Positions 48,397 through 59,149 of a stretch of 64,000 nt of DNA are shown piece after piece (the stretch's first letter is position 1; each line of letters starts with the position of its first letter). Under the pieces are notes generated by a model, which was not told the origin of the DNA, did no database searches, and saw only the letters and a program-made list of their open reading frames with translations. A program made the position numbers and the translations under genes. Origin of the DNA: Pelagomonas calceolata (Eukaryota); assembly GCA_918797485.1 (NCBI GenBank), contig CAKKNE010000001.1, positions 5,208,001 to 5,272,000 of the forward strand, given 5' to 3'.

Positions 48397-49389
48397 CTAG
48401 ACGCCGTCGCTCAGCATGACGTAGCCGCCCGGCAGCTCGGAGTACATGCGGTGCACCGTGGCATCGTCGATGAATGCGAGCTTGATGTGGCCCGTCGCAG
48501 CAGTCCTTGAGGTCGATGAAATCGTCGAGCAGTCGCGCGCCTTCACGCAGAGCTGGATGGCGCGCTCCAAGAAATCGTGCTCGTGGACGCAGTCGTCCGT
48601 CGCCACGCGCACCTCCATCGCGACCCACTCGAGGGGCTGGAGCCACGCGTTGCCGAGCGCGTCCGTGGGGAAGGTCCGACGCTCGTGGCCGCGCGCCACC
48701 TGCCTGCACTCGAGGATCGTGCCCGTGCGCGGCACGGCGACGGCGTGCTCGCGCCCTTGGAGCTCCCGGGCGCCGGCCGCACGCAAGATTGCGTTCGCGT
48801 TGTCGTTCGTTTCGGCCACGAGCCACGACAGGGAGCAATCGTCCACGAGGACGCGCACTCTGTCCGCTGCGCCCGTATTCTGGACCACGACTCGCAGCGT
48901 CACGGTGCCATCGACGCAGCGGCAATCCGGCGTGTGTTGCACCAACACCCACGCGGAGCAGGCGCCCTGGCGCCCGCGCGCCACGACCTTGGCGTGACGC
49001 GGGGTGAGCCACGACCGCGGCGGCGCGTTCCGGCGGTGCAGCTCGCGGTAGGCCGCTGACCAGCTCGAGGCGCCGCACTGCTTCGGATGGACGCGCGGCT
49101 TCTTGCTAGACCGCCGGGCCCGTCGCAGACTGTCCAACACCTCGTTCGTCGCCGCTCTATAGTAATCCATCGGCACGTCGAGCCACCGCGGGTCGTGCCA
49201 GCGCGCGCGCACGCAGGCCTCCCAGGCCGCCTCGTTGGCGTAAAGCGAACCGCACGCCTTGGAGGCGGCACCGAGCCGCGCCAGCGTCTCGCCGCCGAGA
49301 AAGCTCGCGATGTAGAGGGCCAGGTCCTCGGGCACAGCGAGGACCGTGGCGGTCGCGTCACCGTCAGGCAGCACGTCACAGCTGGCCAT
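48397..49389 (-). CDS. F-box protein
   Basis: LAVPEDLALYIASFLGGETLARLGAASK…AWEACVRARW. Confidence 0.75.
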   Translation of the reverse strand: MASCDVLPDGDATATVLAVPEDLALYIASFLGGETLARLGAASKACGSLYANEAAWEACVRARWHDPRWLDVPMDYYRAATNEVLDSLRRARRSSKKPRVHPKQCGASSWSAAYRELHRRNAPPRSWLTPRHAKVVARGRQGACSAWVLVQHTPDCRCVDGTVTLRVVVQNTGAADRVRVLVDDCSLSWLVAETNDNANAILRAAGARELQGREHAVAVPRTGTILECRQVARGHERRTFPTDALGNAWLQPLEWVAMEVRVATDDCVHEHDFLERAIQLCVKARDCSTISSTSRTAATGHIKLAFIDDATVHRMYSELPGGYVMLSDGV

Positions 49390-49640
49390 CTCGCGCAACT
49401 CTCCGGGCCACGCAGGCACCTCTCCGCACCACACAGGCACGCTCCGCCGCCGCGGATTCAAATAATTGGTGCCAGGGTGGCAATAAGGGATAGCTTGGTT
49501 CACGCCACCAGAGGGGATATGGCACTTCTGCTTCGCGGGGCAACGAGGTGTGCCGGCTGCAATGCACTTCCCCGACGAGCAAGTCCTGCCGCCTATTTGA
49601 CGGGCGCCGCGCCAGCTCTGAAGCGGCTGCCCAAATAATA

Positions 49641-49664
49641 GCTAGAGGCCTGTAAGACACTAGC
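49641..49664 (-). promoter_or_regulatory. CTAG-bounded promoter motif
   Basis: Reverse complement is gctagtgtcttacaggcctctagc, upstream of the F-box gene. Confidence 0.65.
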
Positions 49665-49688
49665 AAAATCTTGATCTTGTCTTACACA

Positions 49689-51725
49689 TCACACACACGT
49701 CTCGCCGCCACCACCGTTCGGCGTGACCGCCGAGAACTCCCGCGACGACGCGAGCTCCCTCCTATGTCTCTCGAGCTCGCCCTCCAACCTACTAATACGC
49801 TCCTGCTTGTCCCGGATCTGGTTCTTGTACGTCTGGACCAAGACCGAGTACTTCTCCTGGACGTTGCCCAGCGTCTTCTTCGTGTAGGTCTCGAGCTTCT
49901 CGCGATCCGACGTGAGCTTCGCGATCGTCGCGTCGCGCTCGGCCAATTCGGCCGCGGTCTGCTGCTGCGCTTCCGCGACGCGCTGGCGCAGGTCGCCCAG
50001 AGCATCTTCCACGGCGGGAGATGACGCATTGCGCGCGATGCGTTCTCTTAAATCAGCTATTATAGAATCCCGTTCCGCGATGCCCTCGGACGTGTTATTC
50101 GCGAGCCTCCTCCTCAAATCCGCGATCGTCGCGTCCTGCGCCGCGACGGCGTTCAGCGTGTTCGTCGACTCCTCGGCGAGGTGCCTTTGGAGATCTCCGA
50201 TGATCTGGTCGCGCTCCGTGGCGACCGAGGCCAGGCGCTTCTCCAAATCAATTATGGTAGCGTCCTGGGCCTCCCTGTCGCGGATCGCCGCTTTCGACGC
50301 CTCGTCGTACCTACGTTTCAACTCCTCGAGGTCCGTATTCGACTCAATCCTTTTCCTCAGATCGGCAATAGTGGCGTCTTTTAATGCTAAAGCATGCATG
50401 CGCTGCGTCGCGTCTAACGATGGAGACGGCGGCGGCGGCGGCGGGCGCTCCTGCAGCTGCGCCTTCTCAAATTCCAAATCGGCGATTCTATCTCGCAGTG
50501 ATCCAATTTCACTCGCATCCGAGTCTGCGCGAGCCTCGGCCTCGGCCTCCAGACGCGCGACGTTTCGCTGCGCGTCTCGCAAGCGATCTCGCAACTCCGA
50601 AGCGGACTCCTCGAAGACCGGAGCCATCTGCTCCGGCGACTGCGGCGCCGGTCGCGCCGACGCGAGTTCGTCCTCGAAGAAGCGGCGCTGCGCGTCGGAT
50701 TCTTCCTTCTGCAGCGTTAATCTTCGTAGCTCCTCGTCCTTATCTTCACAGGCTTTGTTTAAGTCAAACACGCGCTGGTCCAAAGCAGCTTTCTCGACCC
50801 GTAACTGATCCACATCGGCGTCGCGCTTCTCGCGACTGCTCAGGAGGACCTCCAGCCGCGTGATCTCCTGGACGTGCCTCGCATTGGCCTCATCCAGCTC
50901 CTGGAGCTCCCTTTGGGATGAGTTTACATCATCGAGCTTCTTCTTGAGTTTCAGTACTCTAGCCTCGGCGGCGTCGGCGTCCCGCGCTCGTGCCCTCGCG
51001 ACGTCGAGTTCGTCTGATAAAGTTTTGTGGGCGTCGCTCGACGATGATAATGATGCTTCTAGTCTTTCACATTTCTTCGTTAACTCGAGCTTTTCCCTTT
51101 GGCACCGCTCCTCCCTGAGCTCGCAGGCCCGCAGTGTACTCCGGACCTTCTCGAGTGTTTTTTCAGCTGCTGATTTAGCTTGTAGAGCTTCGTCTCTCGC
51201 TTGTAACGATAGCTCGGACTTGCGCCTTTCCTTTTCCAACGCTTCGTTATTCTTCTCATGTAATTGAGTTTTTTCATCCTTCAGGCGAGCGATCTCTTGC
51301 ATAGAAGCCCAGCGGTCCTCCTCATGCACATCATCCACGGAGCACGACGGCGCTTGAGCCGTCGTATTCATGATACTCTGGACTAAAATCATGAGCTCCG
51401 ATTGTACAGTGTCGTCCAGTCCCATAATAATGGTGATGTGGTGCTCTCGTTGTGACCCTTGCACGGCCGCGCCCAATACGAGTGACGCTTGCTTGACGAC
51501 GTCGTCGGAAGCCTCGTCTATTAATGAAGAGACGTCTCGCGACAGTTCTTGCGCGTACCACCTTTTCAGTCGCCTCAGTAAATTGTGGGGGGTGCACGGG
51601 GTCTCGCTAATAATTGAAAATGCCGTGGCGAGGTCCTTGCTTAATGAAGTGGTCGTGGCGTTTTCGCTGCCCTCGAAGGTGCGCGCCCAGGCCGCTAAGG
51701 CTTCCAGGGTTTGATGAGAGGCCAT
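49689..51725 (-). CDS. HOOK-like coiled-coil protein
   Basis: LVLGAAVQGSQREHHITIIMGLDDTVQSELM (HOOK N-domain-like); LSDELDVAR; long coiled coil; repeated DATIADL. Confidence 0.75.
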   Translation of the reverse strand: MASHQTLEALAAWARTFEGSENATTTSLSKDLATAFSIISETPCTPHNLLRRLKRWYAQELSRDVSSLIDEASDDVVKQASLVLGAAVQGSQREHHITIIMGLDDTVQSELMILVQSIMNTTAQAPSCSVDDVHEEDRWASMQEIARLKDEKTQLHEKNNEALEKERRKSELSLQARDEALQAKSAAEKTLEKVRSTLRACELREERCQREKLELTKKCERLEASLSSSSDAHKTLSDELDVARARARDADAAEARVLKLKKKLDDVNSSQRELQELDEANARHVQEITRLEVLLSSREKRDADVDQLRVEKAALDQRVFDLNKACEDKDEELRRLTLQKEESDAQRRFFEDELASARPAPQSPEQMAPVFEESASELRDRLRDAQRNVARLEAEAEARADSDASEIGSLRDRIADLEFEKAQLQERPPPPPPSPSLDATQRMHALALKDATIADLRKRIESNTDLEELKRRYDEASKAAIRDREAQDATIIDLEKRLASVATERDQIIGDLQRHLAEESTNTLNAVAAQDATIADLRRRLANNTSEGIAERDSIIADLRERIARNASSPAVEDALGDLRQRVAEAQQQTAAELAERDATIAKLTSDREKLETYTKKTLGNVQEKYSVLVQTYKNQIRDKQERISRLEGELERHRRELASSREFSAVTPNGGGGETCV

Positions 51726-51905
51726 CGCGGCGCGCGCAATCGAGCTCTTTTTTGTACGAGGCTGGGGTCGCGTCGTCGGCGTTTGGCACTGCTTGTATCG
51801 TTGTGGCGCGAGGTTGGGAGTACGTAGCGTCAATCTGCACAAACAGCACAGGCTGAAAGGTATCGATGCGGCCAAATGCCGTGCCGCGGCCGCGCTTTTG
51901 CCATG

Positions 51906-51928
51906 CTAGTGTCTTACATGCCGCTAGC
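51906..51928 (+). promoter_or_regulatory. CTAG-bounded promoter motif
   Basis: ctagtgtcttacatgccgctagc, between divergent starts 51725(-) and 52156(+). Confidence 0.7.
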
Positions 51929-52155
51929 ACCGGCCAGAAGCAAGGTCTGTTCCATTCATACGAAGGCATCCACGAACACGTCAATCGAAACGAGACAGCT
52001 CGTTCGAGCCGCCTGTTTAAGAGCTCGAACAGCGGCCCGGCGACGCGCGCGCTTTGGCCGCATACACAGCGCCTGGACGACGGCAGGCGACACGGATCGC
52101 TGTCAACATCATAAATATCACACAGCAGTCGACCAGCAAGTGAGCGCTACTGGAG

Positions 52156-53523
52156 ATGGCTAGGTGGCGCCCTGAGTCTATTTGATCTCCCTGGCTCAAT
52201 GCCCCCGCGCGCGCGAAGCGATGGCCCCGGCGGCGCGCGCGCGCTCGGACGCGACAGAGCTGTCACGCGCGCCGCCGTTCGCCCGTCGCCGCGCCGAAAC
52301 TGACCCCTCGTCCCCCGCGCAGCGCCTACGGCGGCCCGACCAGTTCCCTAAACGGCAGCGGCCCCGTCGCCCACGAGACCGAGGCGCGGCAATTGAGAAG
52401 GAAGGCCGAGACGCTGTTGAGGGCCGGCGGCGCGACGCCCGAGAACGCCTTTTCATTAGCATTGGATTCCTTTTTCGCCGGTAGAGGCGCACCAGAGTCG
52501 GATAAAGCGCTGGTCAAGGCCTATGCGGTGGAATTACAACAACGAGAGTCCGTAGATGTCGCGTACACGGCGGCGTTGGACGCTTATTTAAATGGCGCCG
52601 CCGCGTTCCGCGCGCAACGAGGAGCCCCGGGCCCGCCCGGGACACCACCACCAAAAGTCGGGTCCATCGACGCGTCGTCGCTCATGACGCGCGCCGAGCG
52701 GCCGGCCATGAACTCGCCCATGGCGTCGAATCGAAGGCGGGCGCAGCCCGCTGATCAGGCAGAATTGCAGCAAGCCGCGCAGCCCGACGTGAGCATGGGC
52801 GAGGAGGTCGACGAGGACGAGGATGATGAAAGTGCCGGTGATTTCGACCCTTACTTATTTATGAAGCATCTCCCACCCAAGTCAGCGGCGTGCCGGGAAG
52901 GCTGGGACGCGGCGCACCCGCGGTTGCCTCCTAATCAAACGAGGAAGCCCGTCACACTCGTGCTGGATCTCGACGAGACGCTAGTGCATTCTCAGATGGA
53001 GCCGAGGACCGACGCGGACTTCGTCTTCGACGTCCAGCTGTGCGGCGTGACTAGCACGGTCTACGTGAAGGCGAGGCCGCGCATGGCCGAGTTCCTGGAT
53101 TATGCGTCGGAGCGCTTCGAGGTCGTGATATTTACGGCGTCGCACCGGGCCTATGCCGAGACTTTGCTGGATAAGATCGATCCTAGGAGGACGAGGATCC
53201 AACATAGACTATATAGGGACGCGTGCGCTACCGTAGATGGACTGTACCTGAAAGATCTAGACGTTCTTGGGAGAGACTTGTCGAAGGTCGCGATAGTGGA
53301 CAACACGCCGTACGTGTTCGGCTTCCAGCCGGACAACGCGATCCCCATCGAGTCGTGGTACGACGATCCTCAAGATAGGGAGTTGGACGACCTGCAGCCG
53401 CTGTTGGATCGGATGCGCGACGCGCGCGACGTGCGGCCTCTATTGGTCGAGGCGTTCGGCATGCGGCGGCGCATCGAGGACGCGGACGACTCCATGCTCC
53501 AGGAGGGCTGGGTCGCGTCCTGA
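52156..53523 (+). CDS. CTD small phosphatase-like (FCP1/SCP, NIF domain; CTDSPL2-like); predicted exons 52156-52163 and 52323-53523
   Basis: LVLDLDETLVHS, FTAS, YLKDLDVLGRDLSKVAIVDN. A GT…ACTGAC…CGCAG intron gives the start MASAYGGPT (first exon is inferred). Confidence 0.88.
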
Positions 53524-53620
53524 TTGTCTCGTTTCGTTCTCTCTCGGCATTCGTAGTTTATTTCGCGCGTGTAACTATGGGTCTCTTACTACCCGCTGGC
53601 GTGGACCCGAGTCCGAGTCG

Positions 53621-53749
53621 GACATCTGGCATGCTCGACAACGCCATCGTAGCGAGGATGCCGCGGCGATGGCGTGCAGCGGGCGTAGACGCCATCGCCG
53701 CGGAGGCTGTCGCGGCGATGACGTACAGCGGCGTCGAAGTCGGATGTCG
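53621..53749. repeat. Intergenic palindrome carrying the introner internal motif
   Basis: Perfect 15-bp arms ccgcggcgatggcgt (53661-53675) and acgccatcgccgcgg (53689-53703), with imperfect outer arms. Confidence 0.7.
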
Positions 53750-53783
53750 CGGGAGACGCTCGAGTTCTCACATTACTCTAGAA

Positions 53784-54623
53784 CTACCCGCGCTTCCTGA
53801 CGCGCTTGAGGAACGACACGAGGTGCCGCGCGACCTGGGCCTGCTGGTCCTCGAGGGAGATCGTCCGCTCGCCGTCGTACGCCTGGATGCCGTAGTCGCC
53901 GAAGCCGGCGTGGTTCCCGCCCTTGATGACCACGCGCCGCGTCGACTTGGGGAGCTTCTTGAACTGCTCCTCCACGAGCCCTCCCCCGTACCTCAGCACC
54001 GCGCCCTTCTTGGGGGAACAGATTTCATCCTCACTGGCGAGCACGTTCAGGACCAATAGGTCGCGCCGGGTCGACAGGTCCGTATCACGTCCCCAGGCCA
54101 TGGGGCTAGCTCCAAGCATCGCGAGGCCCCGGACCTCCTCTGGCGACGCCTCGTCGGCCACGAGCATAGCGCCGAGGGTCCCGCCGCCGTGCGAATGCCC
54201 GCCGACTGCCCAGGTCTTGATGCCAGGATGCCGTGCTGTCAGTTTACGAAAGCCGGCCGTCGTGATCGCGAATCGGAGAGGCGGACGCGCCAGTACTACA
54301 GTGGCCTTTGCCTCCTCGGCGACGCGCCGGCAGAGCGGAGCGTACGCGGCCGCCTCGACGGCCGCACCAGGGTAGAAAACAAGCCCGACGTCATCGCCTC
54401 CAATAAACTCGTACGGCGACCATCCGTAGCGCAGCGCCGGCAGGCCCACCCGCGCGGCGGGAGTCGCTGATTTGTATTTGGAACGAATCAACCCGGGAAT
54501 GAGAAAAGACTGCAGCCCGAAATAGGGCCACAAGTAGACGATACATTGCCCAAAGCCGACGATGTCAAAGTACGCGAGCAGAGCCGCGACGAGCGCGCCA
54601 GCGACGGCGTGGTTGTGGCGCAT
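53784..54623 (-). CDS. Alpha/beta hydrolase (Abhydrolase_5-like)
   Basis: GLVFYPGAAVEAAAYAPL, nucleophile motif GGHSHGG, GGNHAGFGDYG. Confidence 0.88.
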   Translation of the reverse strand: MRHNHAVAGALVAALLAYFDIVGFGQCIVYLWPYFGLQSFLIPGLIRSKYKSATPAARVGLPALRYGWSPYEFIGGDDVGLVFYPGAAVEAAAYAPLCRRVAEEAKATVVLARPPLRFAITTAGFRKLTARHPGIKTWAVGGHSHGGGTLGAMLVADEASPEEVRGLAMLGASPMAWGRDTDLSTRRDLLVLNVLASEDEICSPKKGAVLRYGGGLVEEQFKKLPKSTRRVVIKGGNHAGFGDYGIQAYDGERTISLEDQQAQVARHLVSFLKRVRKRG

Positions 54624-54938
54624 TGCTTCCCTCGTCGTCGTCGCCGTCTTCGCTTTCACCACTAAAAACTATGGAGTTGTTGACTGAACACGAGCGGGAC
54701 AGTTCCTATCGAGATGCGATCTGTTTAAATTTTGGTTCGAAAATCCAAGCGCGGGGGGATGAAACCCACAGCGGAACAAATGTTTTGATCCAGTGTTATG
54801 CGTCGTTAGGCTTTGATAGAGATCGCTTAGGCGAGCTCGCGCAGCGCAGCTCAAGCCAGATGAGCTCCTGCCGAAGCACAGTCACCTGCGCGCCGCAAGC
54901 AGCGTCCAGGGAGCTTTTGACCTGAGTTGTCAGATCGA

Positions 54939-54961
54939 GCTAGCGGCCTGTAAGGCACTAG
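54939..54961 (-). promoter_or_regulatory. CTAG-bounded promoter motif
   Basis: Reverse complement is ctagtgccttacaggccgctagc; cgagctagcggcctgtaaggcactagg is identical to the 46861 copy. Confidence 0.7.
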
Positions 54962-55014
54962 GCATCCCTAGCAAACAGGAAGTTACGAAGACTAAAAAAA
55001 ACACATCAACTAAG

Positions 55015-58000
55015 TTACGATTTGGACTCCTCCTTGGCCTCGGCCACGCCGACGGCCTTGGACGAGAACCCCGCGCCCGCGCGGACCGACCCCGCCCGTA
55101 ACACGGGAGGCACGCGCTTCGGCCCTTGCTCCTTCTTCGCCTCGGGCGACTTCGGGCCCGACGAGAAGCCCATGCCTCTCCCAAACTTCCGCGCGGGCAC
55201 GGCGTCCGCGCCCGTCGACGGCGAGAAGGCCAATGAAGGGCCAGGTGCCATTGATGGCGCCGGGCGCGCCACGAACTCCCTTCTCCTGTTCGCGTCTAAT
55301 TTTCTAGCCATGGACGACGAGTCCCTCGCGGCTTCGATCTGGGCCACGACGTCCGTCAACGGCGACATTATCCCATTGGCTTGTCGCTGACCTTGTCGCG
55401 ATTGCGAGCGCCGTCGCGCCAGGCGCCTCTCTATAGACTCCTTGTGTCTTCTAGCGTCGTCGACCCGTCTTTCCCGACGACTTTCCGACGCGCGTTCTTC
55501 GTTCCTCTGTAGCGTCGCGAAGAGCGCGCGGTAGTCCTCGGAGCGCCTTCTCTCACTCTGTGAGACGACCTGCTCGTCGTCGGACGAGTCCTGGCTCTTC
55601 GTCTCATCCACCGTACCCTTCGACTCCACGACAATCAGCGTGCCCTTCTGGGCCACGCATTCTAGTACTTTCGAGCGCCTAGCGGCCACGAACTCGTGCA
55701 TCTTCTGGCGCCGTTCGGCTTCTAGGTCGGCGTCGAGCTGCACGAGCTCGCCCTCGACATCTCCTTTGCGTTCAGCTAACCGACGCAACAAGTCACCTCT
55801 TCTACGGGCTCGATCGTCATGCAAGCGCGCCGCCAACGCCCTCAGACATTCGTCGTGGTCCCTCACGAGGTCCGCGACGGCACTCATATCCGCGGAACCA
55901 CCCGCTCGAGCACAAATACCGACCGCTTCGCCACAAAAAGAAGCATGATGAGCAGCACAAGCCTTCACCTCCCGCCGGTCGACCTCCTTCTCTAATTCCG
56001 ACCACTCGTCGAGCTCATCAGTCGCGACGTCTTTGGACCGCATCAGGCGCTCCCTAACTCTTCGTCTCAAAGCCTCCTGCTGCTTCAAGCGCGCGTCCGC
56101 CAGCATGTCGTCCACCCTCTCGTGCTCCGCCGCGTGGCGCTCTATGAGTTTTAAAGCCTGCTTCCGCAGGTCGTCTCCTTGTAGGTCGGTGACGGCCTTC
56201 GCCAGTCCATCCCCGATGCGCTGCGCCGCGGGCAGGACTTGCAGGACGTTGTTCGCATCGACTCTAGCTAGTAGTAACCGGCCTCGCAAGGCGTCGACAT
56301 GCCTATCTGATAGCGCATCCAAAGCTTGCCGTCTTTCATCACACAATTTCTCATCCAACGCTTCCAAGGCGGCGTCACTCACATCTCGATCGGCCGTCCG
56401 CACCTTCTCGATGCAGCGCATGCGCTTCTCCGCGTGCCGCCGCGCCAGGCGATCGGAAAGTTGCTTGCGTTGGTCGTGGTGGTCCCTCGTGAGTCTCGTA
56501 ATATCGACGGGATCGACGGGCGCGTTCAGGAACTTGAGCTCGCCGTAGACGTCACCACACAACTTGGCCTCGTCCAGCCTTCTTTCCCTCAGATCGTTCT
56601 GATCATCGTCTCGACAGAGCTCGGCCCACTCGCGAAACTCGATTTCAGCATTCGATGTTCTCATTGAAAGTCGTTCCAGCAGCCTCCGTCGCGCTTTGAC
56701 GCGATCCGAAGCTCTTTCATCAGCGCGCCGTCGTCTCCCGCGCGCGTCGCGGGCCGCGACGTCGGCCACGACCATCGCCAGGTGCTCCGCCGAGACGCTC
56801 TCCTCTAGCGATGCGGCCTGGTGCGCTTGTAATGCGTTATCTTGCCGCTTGAGCTGCGCCTCGACGTCATTAATGTCTCCAGCAGCCATGCGCTGTGAGA
56901 AGCGCTTCTCGAGCTGCGCGCGTAACCGCGCCCTCGCTGCGATTCTATTTTTTAATGATCGAGCCGCCGCCTCCTCCAAGCCACGCGATGCGCACTCAGC
57001 GAAGCGCTCCAAAGCCTCGCGCGCGTCCTCAATAGCTTGGTGGCCCTCCTTGTCGACCCTTTGTAATTTCTCCGCGTCGGCTCCGACCTTGTCGCGCTTC
57101 TTCTTGAACCGGTCACGCACGTCATCAAGGCCTTTCGCTACCGCTTCACTCGCGTCCTCTTCGATCACTCGCAGGTCTATTTGAGCCTTGGCCAGGATCG
57201 CGTCGTGCCACCGGTCCCGCGCGGCCTCCTCTGCATTATTCCGTTCCATCAGACAAACCTCGATGGCCTCGAGTTGCGCGTCGTGGTCTGCGAACGTCAG
57301 CATCGACACGTCGAGCTCCGAGCCGGGTGGTGTCGAGGCCTCCTTCGCGTCGCGCAACTTCTGCTCTAGGGTCGACCGCGTCGCAGTGTCGTCGTCGCGA
57401 CGCGGCGAGCGCGCCGCAGCCTCGGGCTCGGGCTCGGGCCAGCCGCCGCGGCCGTCGCTCTCGTCGTCGGACTCCGGGGGAATGTGGGGCTTGGACTCCT
57501 CCGCTTCCACACGAGTATCGGGCTTGCTGGCGGCCAGTAACACGGCTTCCACCGGTGCCAGCGCCAGCTCGTCGTCGCTCTCATCCACATCGTCCGCGGG
57601 GTCATCGACGAAGACGCCCTTGACGAGATTTTTTAACAAGAGTTCGTCCTCCTCGAGCAGGATGAGCTGCAGCACTTTGGGGACTAGTTCCGCACCAGCT
57701 TGTTCATCCACACCGTGGGGCCCGAAGACCTCGGCCTTCACGTCCGCGGCTTCCAGAGGTTCCTTGTTGTGGACCTTGTCCTTGAGGTACAGGTAGACTC
57801 TCTCCAAAGTTTCCTTGCCGACACCCGAATCTTCGCTGAAGGCCATGACTTCACTTCTACGACTTTCGGCCTCGGCGTGGGCCGCGGCACTCCTTCGCAG
57901 TAACGCGTCGCATCGAGCTGCTTTCCGTTCCGCCTCGTCGGCGTCGGCTCCTGACAAACGTGCTCTCCTCCTCAGTTCGTCGACCTCGGACTTGTGCGCC

Positions 58001-58638
58001 GCGGCTGATAGCAATTCTCTCTCTAACTCGCGGATCTTCGACACCAGTCGCGTGGCCGACGCGTCCGTCCTCCTCAAATCATCGACCTCATTCAAGGCCG
58101 TGACCCAGTCCGCCCGCATACCCCTGACAGCATTTCTATCGATGGCGTTTCTCTCCCTTTTAAGGGCCTCGCGCAGCTCCCCGAACCTTTTTTCATCGAA
58201 CCTAGCACCATTTCGTCTCGCTTCATGCAATTCGGCGACCTCCGTGGCCCACGGTACTAAACGTTTTTCGTCAGTTGTCAAGTCATTATCGCGCGACTTT
58301 TGCAATATAGACTCCGCGATCGCGTAGTGCAACAACGCCTCCTCGTCCCTGACGTCGGCGTCGGTCTCGTCGCCCCCACCGGCGTCGGGATGGTCCAGCA
58401 ACCACTGCGTCGCGTCCTCCATGCTTTCTAAACCTAATGATAAAGCCATGGCCACGGCGTCTGGACTAAACCCCATCTGCGTCAGCTGCGCGTGGCTCGG
58501 CTGCGTTTGGGCTGGTCGCTGCGCCGTATTTAAGTTGTTTTCAGCGATATACGCGTCGATCTCCTCCTGCGTCGCGCCGCCGGCCCTCGCTTCTGCTAAT
58601 AATTGGGACTGCTCGCTCGCGCTGGCGCCGGCTCCCAT
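55015..58638 (-). CDS. UBA-domain coiled-coil protein with predicted N-myristoylation site
   Basis: MGAGAS; QLTQMGFSPDAVAMALS…MEDATQWLLDH (UBA); UIM-like DEEALLHYAIAESI. Confidence 0.75.
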   Translation of the reverse strand: MGAGASASEQSQLLAEARAGGATQEEIDAYIAENNLNTAQRPAQTQPSHAQLTQMGFSPDAVAMALSLGLESMEDATQWLLDHPDAGGGDETDADVRDEEALLHYAIAESILQKSRDNDLTTDEKRLVPWATEVAELHEARRNGARFDEKRFGELREALKRERNAIDRNAVRGMRADWVTALNEVDDLRRTDASATRLVSKIRELERELLSAAAHKSEVDELRRRARLSGADADEAERKAARCDALLRRSAAAHAEAESRRSEVMAFSEDSGVGKETLERVYLYLKDKVHNKEPLEAADVKAEVFGPHGVDEQAGAELVPKVLQLILLEEDELLLKNLVKGVFVDDPADDVDESDDELALAPVEAVLLAASKPDTRVEAEESKPHIPPESDDESDGRGGWPEPEPEAAARSPRRDDDTATRSTLEQKLRDAKEASTPPGSELDVSMLTFADHDAQLEAIEVCLMERNNAEEAARDRWHDAILAKAQIDLRVIEEDASEAVAKGLDDVRDRFKKKRDKVGADAEKLQRVDKEGHQAIEDAREALERFAECASRGLEEAAARSLKNRIAARARLRAQLEKRFSQRMAAGDINDVEAQLKRQDNALQAHQAASLEESVSAEHLAMVVADVAARDARGRRRRADERASDRVKARRRLLERLSMRTSNAEIEFREWAELCRDDDQNDLRERRLDEAKLCGDVYGELKFLNAPVDPVDITRLTRDHHDQRKQLSDRLARRHAEKRMRCIEKVRTADRDVSDAALEALDEKLCDERRQALDALSDRHVDALRGRLLLARVDANNVLQVLPAAQRIGDGLAKAVTDLQGDDLRKQALKLIERHAAEHERVDDMLADARLKQQEALRRRVRERLMRSKDVATDELDEWSELEKEVDRREVKACAAHHASFCGEAVGICARAGGSADMSAVADLVRDHDECLRALAARLHDDRARRRGDLLRRLAERKGDVEGELVQLDADLEAERRQKMHEFVAARRSKVLECVAQKGTLIVVESKGTVDETKSQDSSDDEQVVSQSERRRSEDYRALFATLQRNEERASESRRERRVDDARRHKESIERRLARRRSQSRQGQRQANGIMSPLTDVVAQIEAARDSSSMARKLDANRRREFVARPAPSMAPGPSLAFSPSTGADAVPARKFGRGMGFSSGPKSPEAKKEQGPKRVPPVLRAGSVRAGAGFSSKAVGVAEAKEESKS

Positions 58639-59149
58639 GTTTCAGCCTCTTGTCTGGGGCTTGTCTGGCAGCCTCTTGTCCTTGCGTTTGTCTGCGCGCG
58701 TTGCCCTTTTGCAGTCCTTTGATTGTTTGCGCTGCCTGCGCGTCGTGCGGCTGCCCCACAGCGCGCGCGCGACCAGGCGCGAGGCACAGCGCGCGCGGCC
58801 TTGCAGCGCTTCCAGCGGTCGGCCTCGGCGCGGTCGAAGGCCTCGCGTCGGTAGCCGAAGGTTTCGGAAGAGTCGCGAGAGTTGGCTCAAGAGCTGTCGC
58901 GTGCGCTGTAAAACCCGTTTTGCACGGCGATGATCGTGAGCTCTGTGCACACACACGGCTTGGCTTACGACTGCGTAGACGGCGCATTGCTCGTCAGCAC
59001 ACGCCTACGCATCACTGCACTACGTGGGCACCGCTTTGCGCCAGTCGTTTGCTCCCGCCACCCGATAGCAGGCTTGTAATTGCTGCTGCTGCCACTTGCA
59101 CAGAGTGTGCAACGCGACGCCGCGTGCGCCAAACAGTTCCAGCGTAACG

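Noticed and set aside
53521..53760. C-terminal Sec in the CTD phosphatase (TGA stop plus downstream hairpin)
   Set aside because: The hairpin has no UGAN/NGAN quartet closing a good stem, and it carries the introner-type motif instead.
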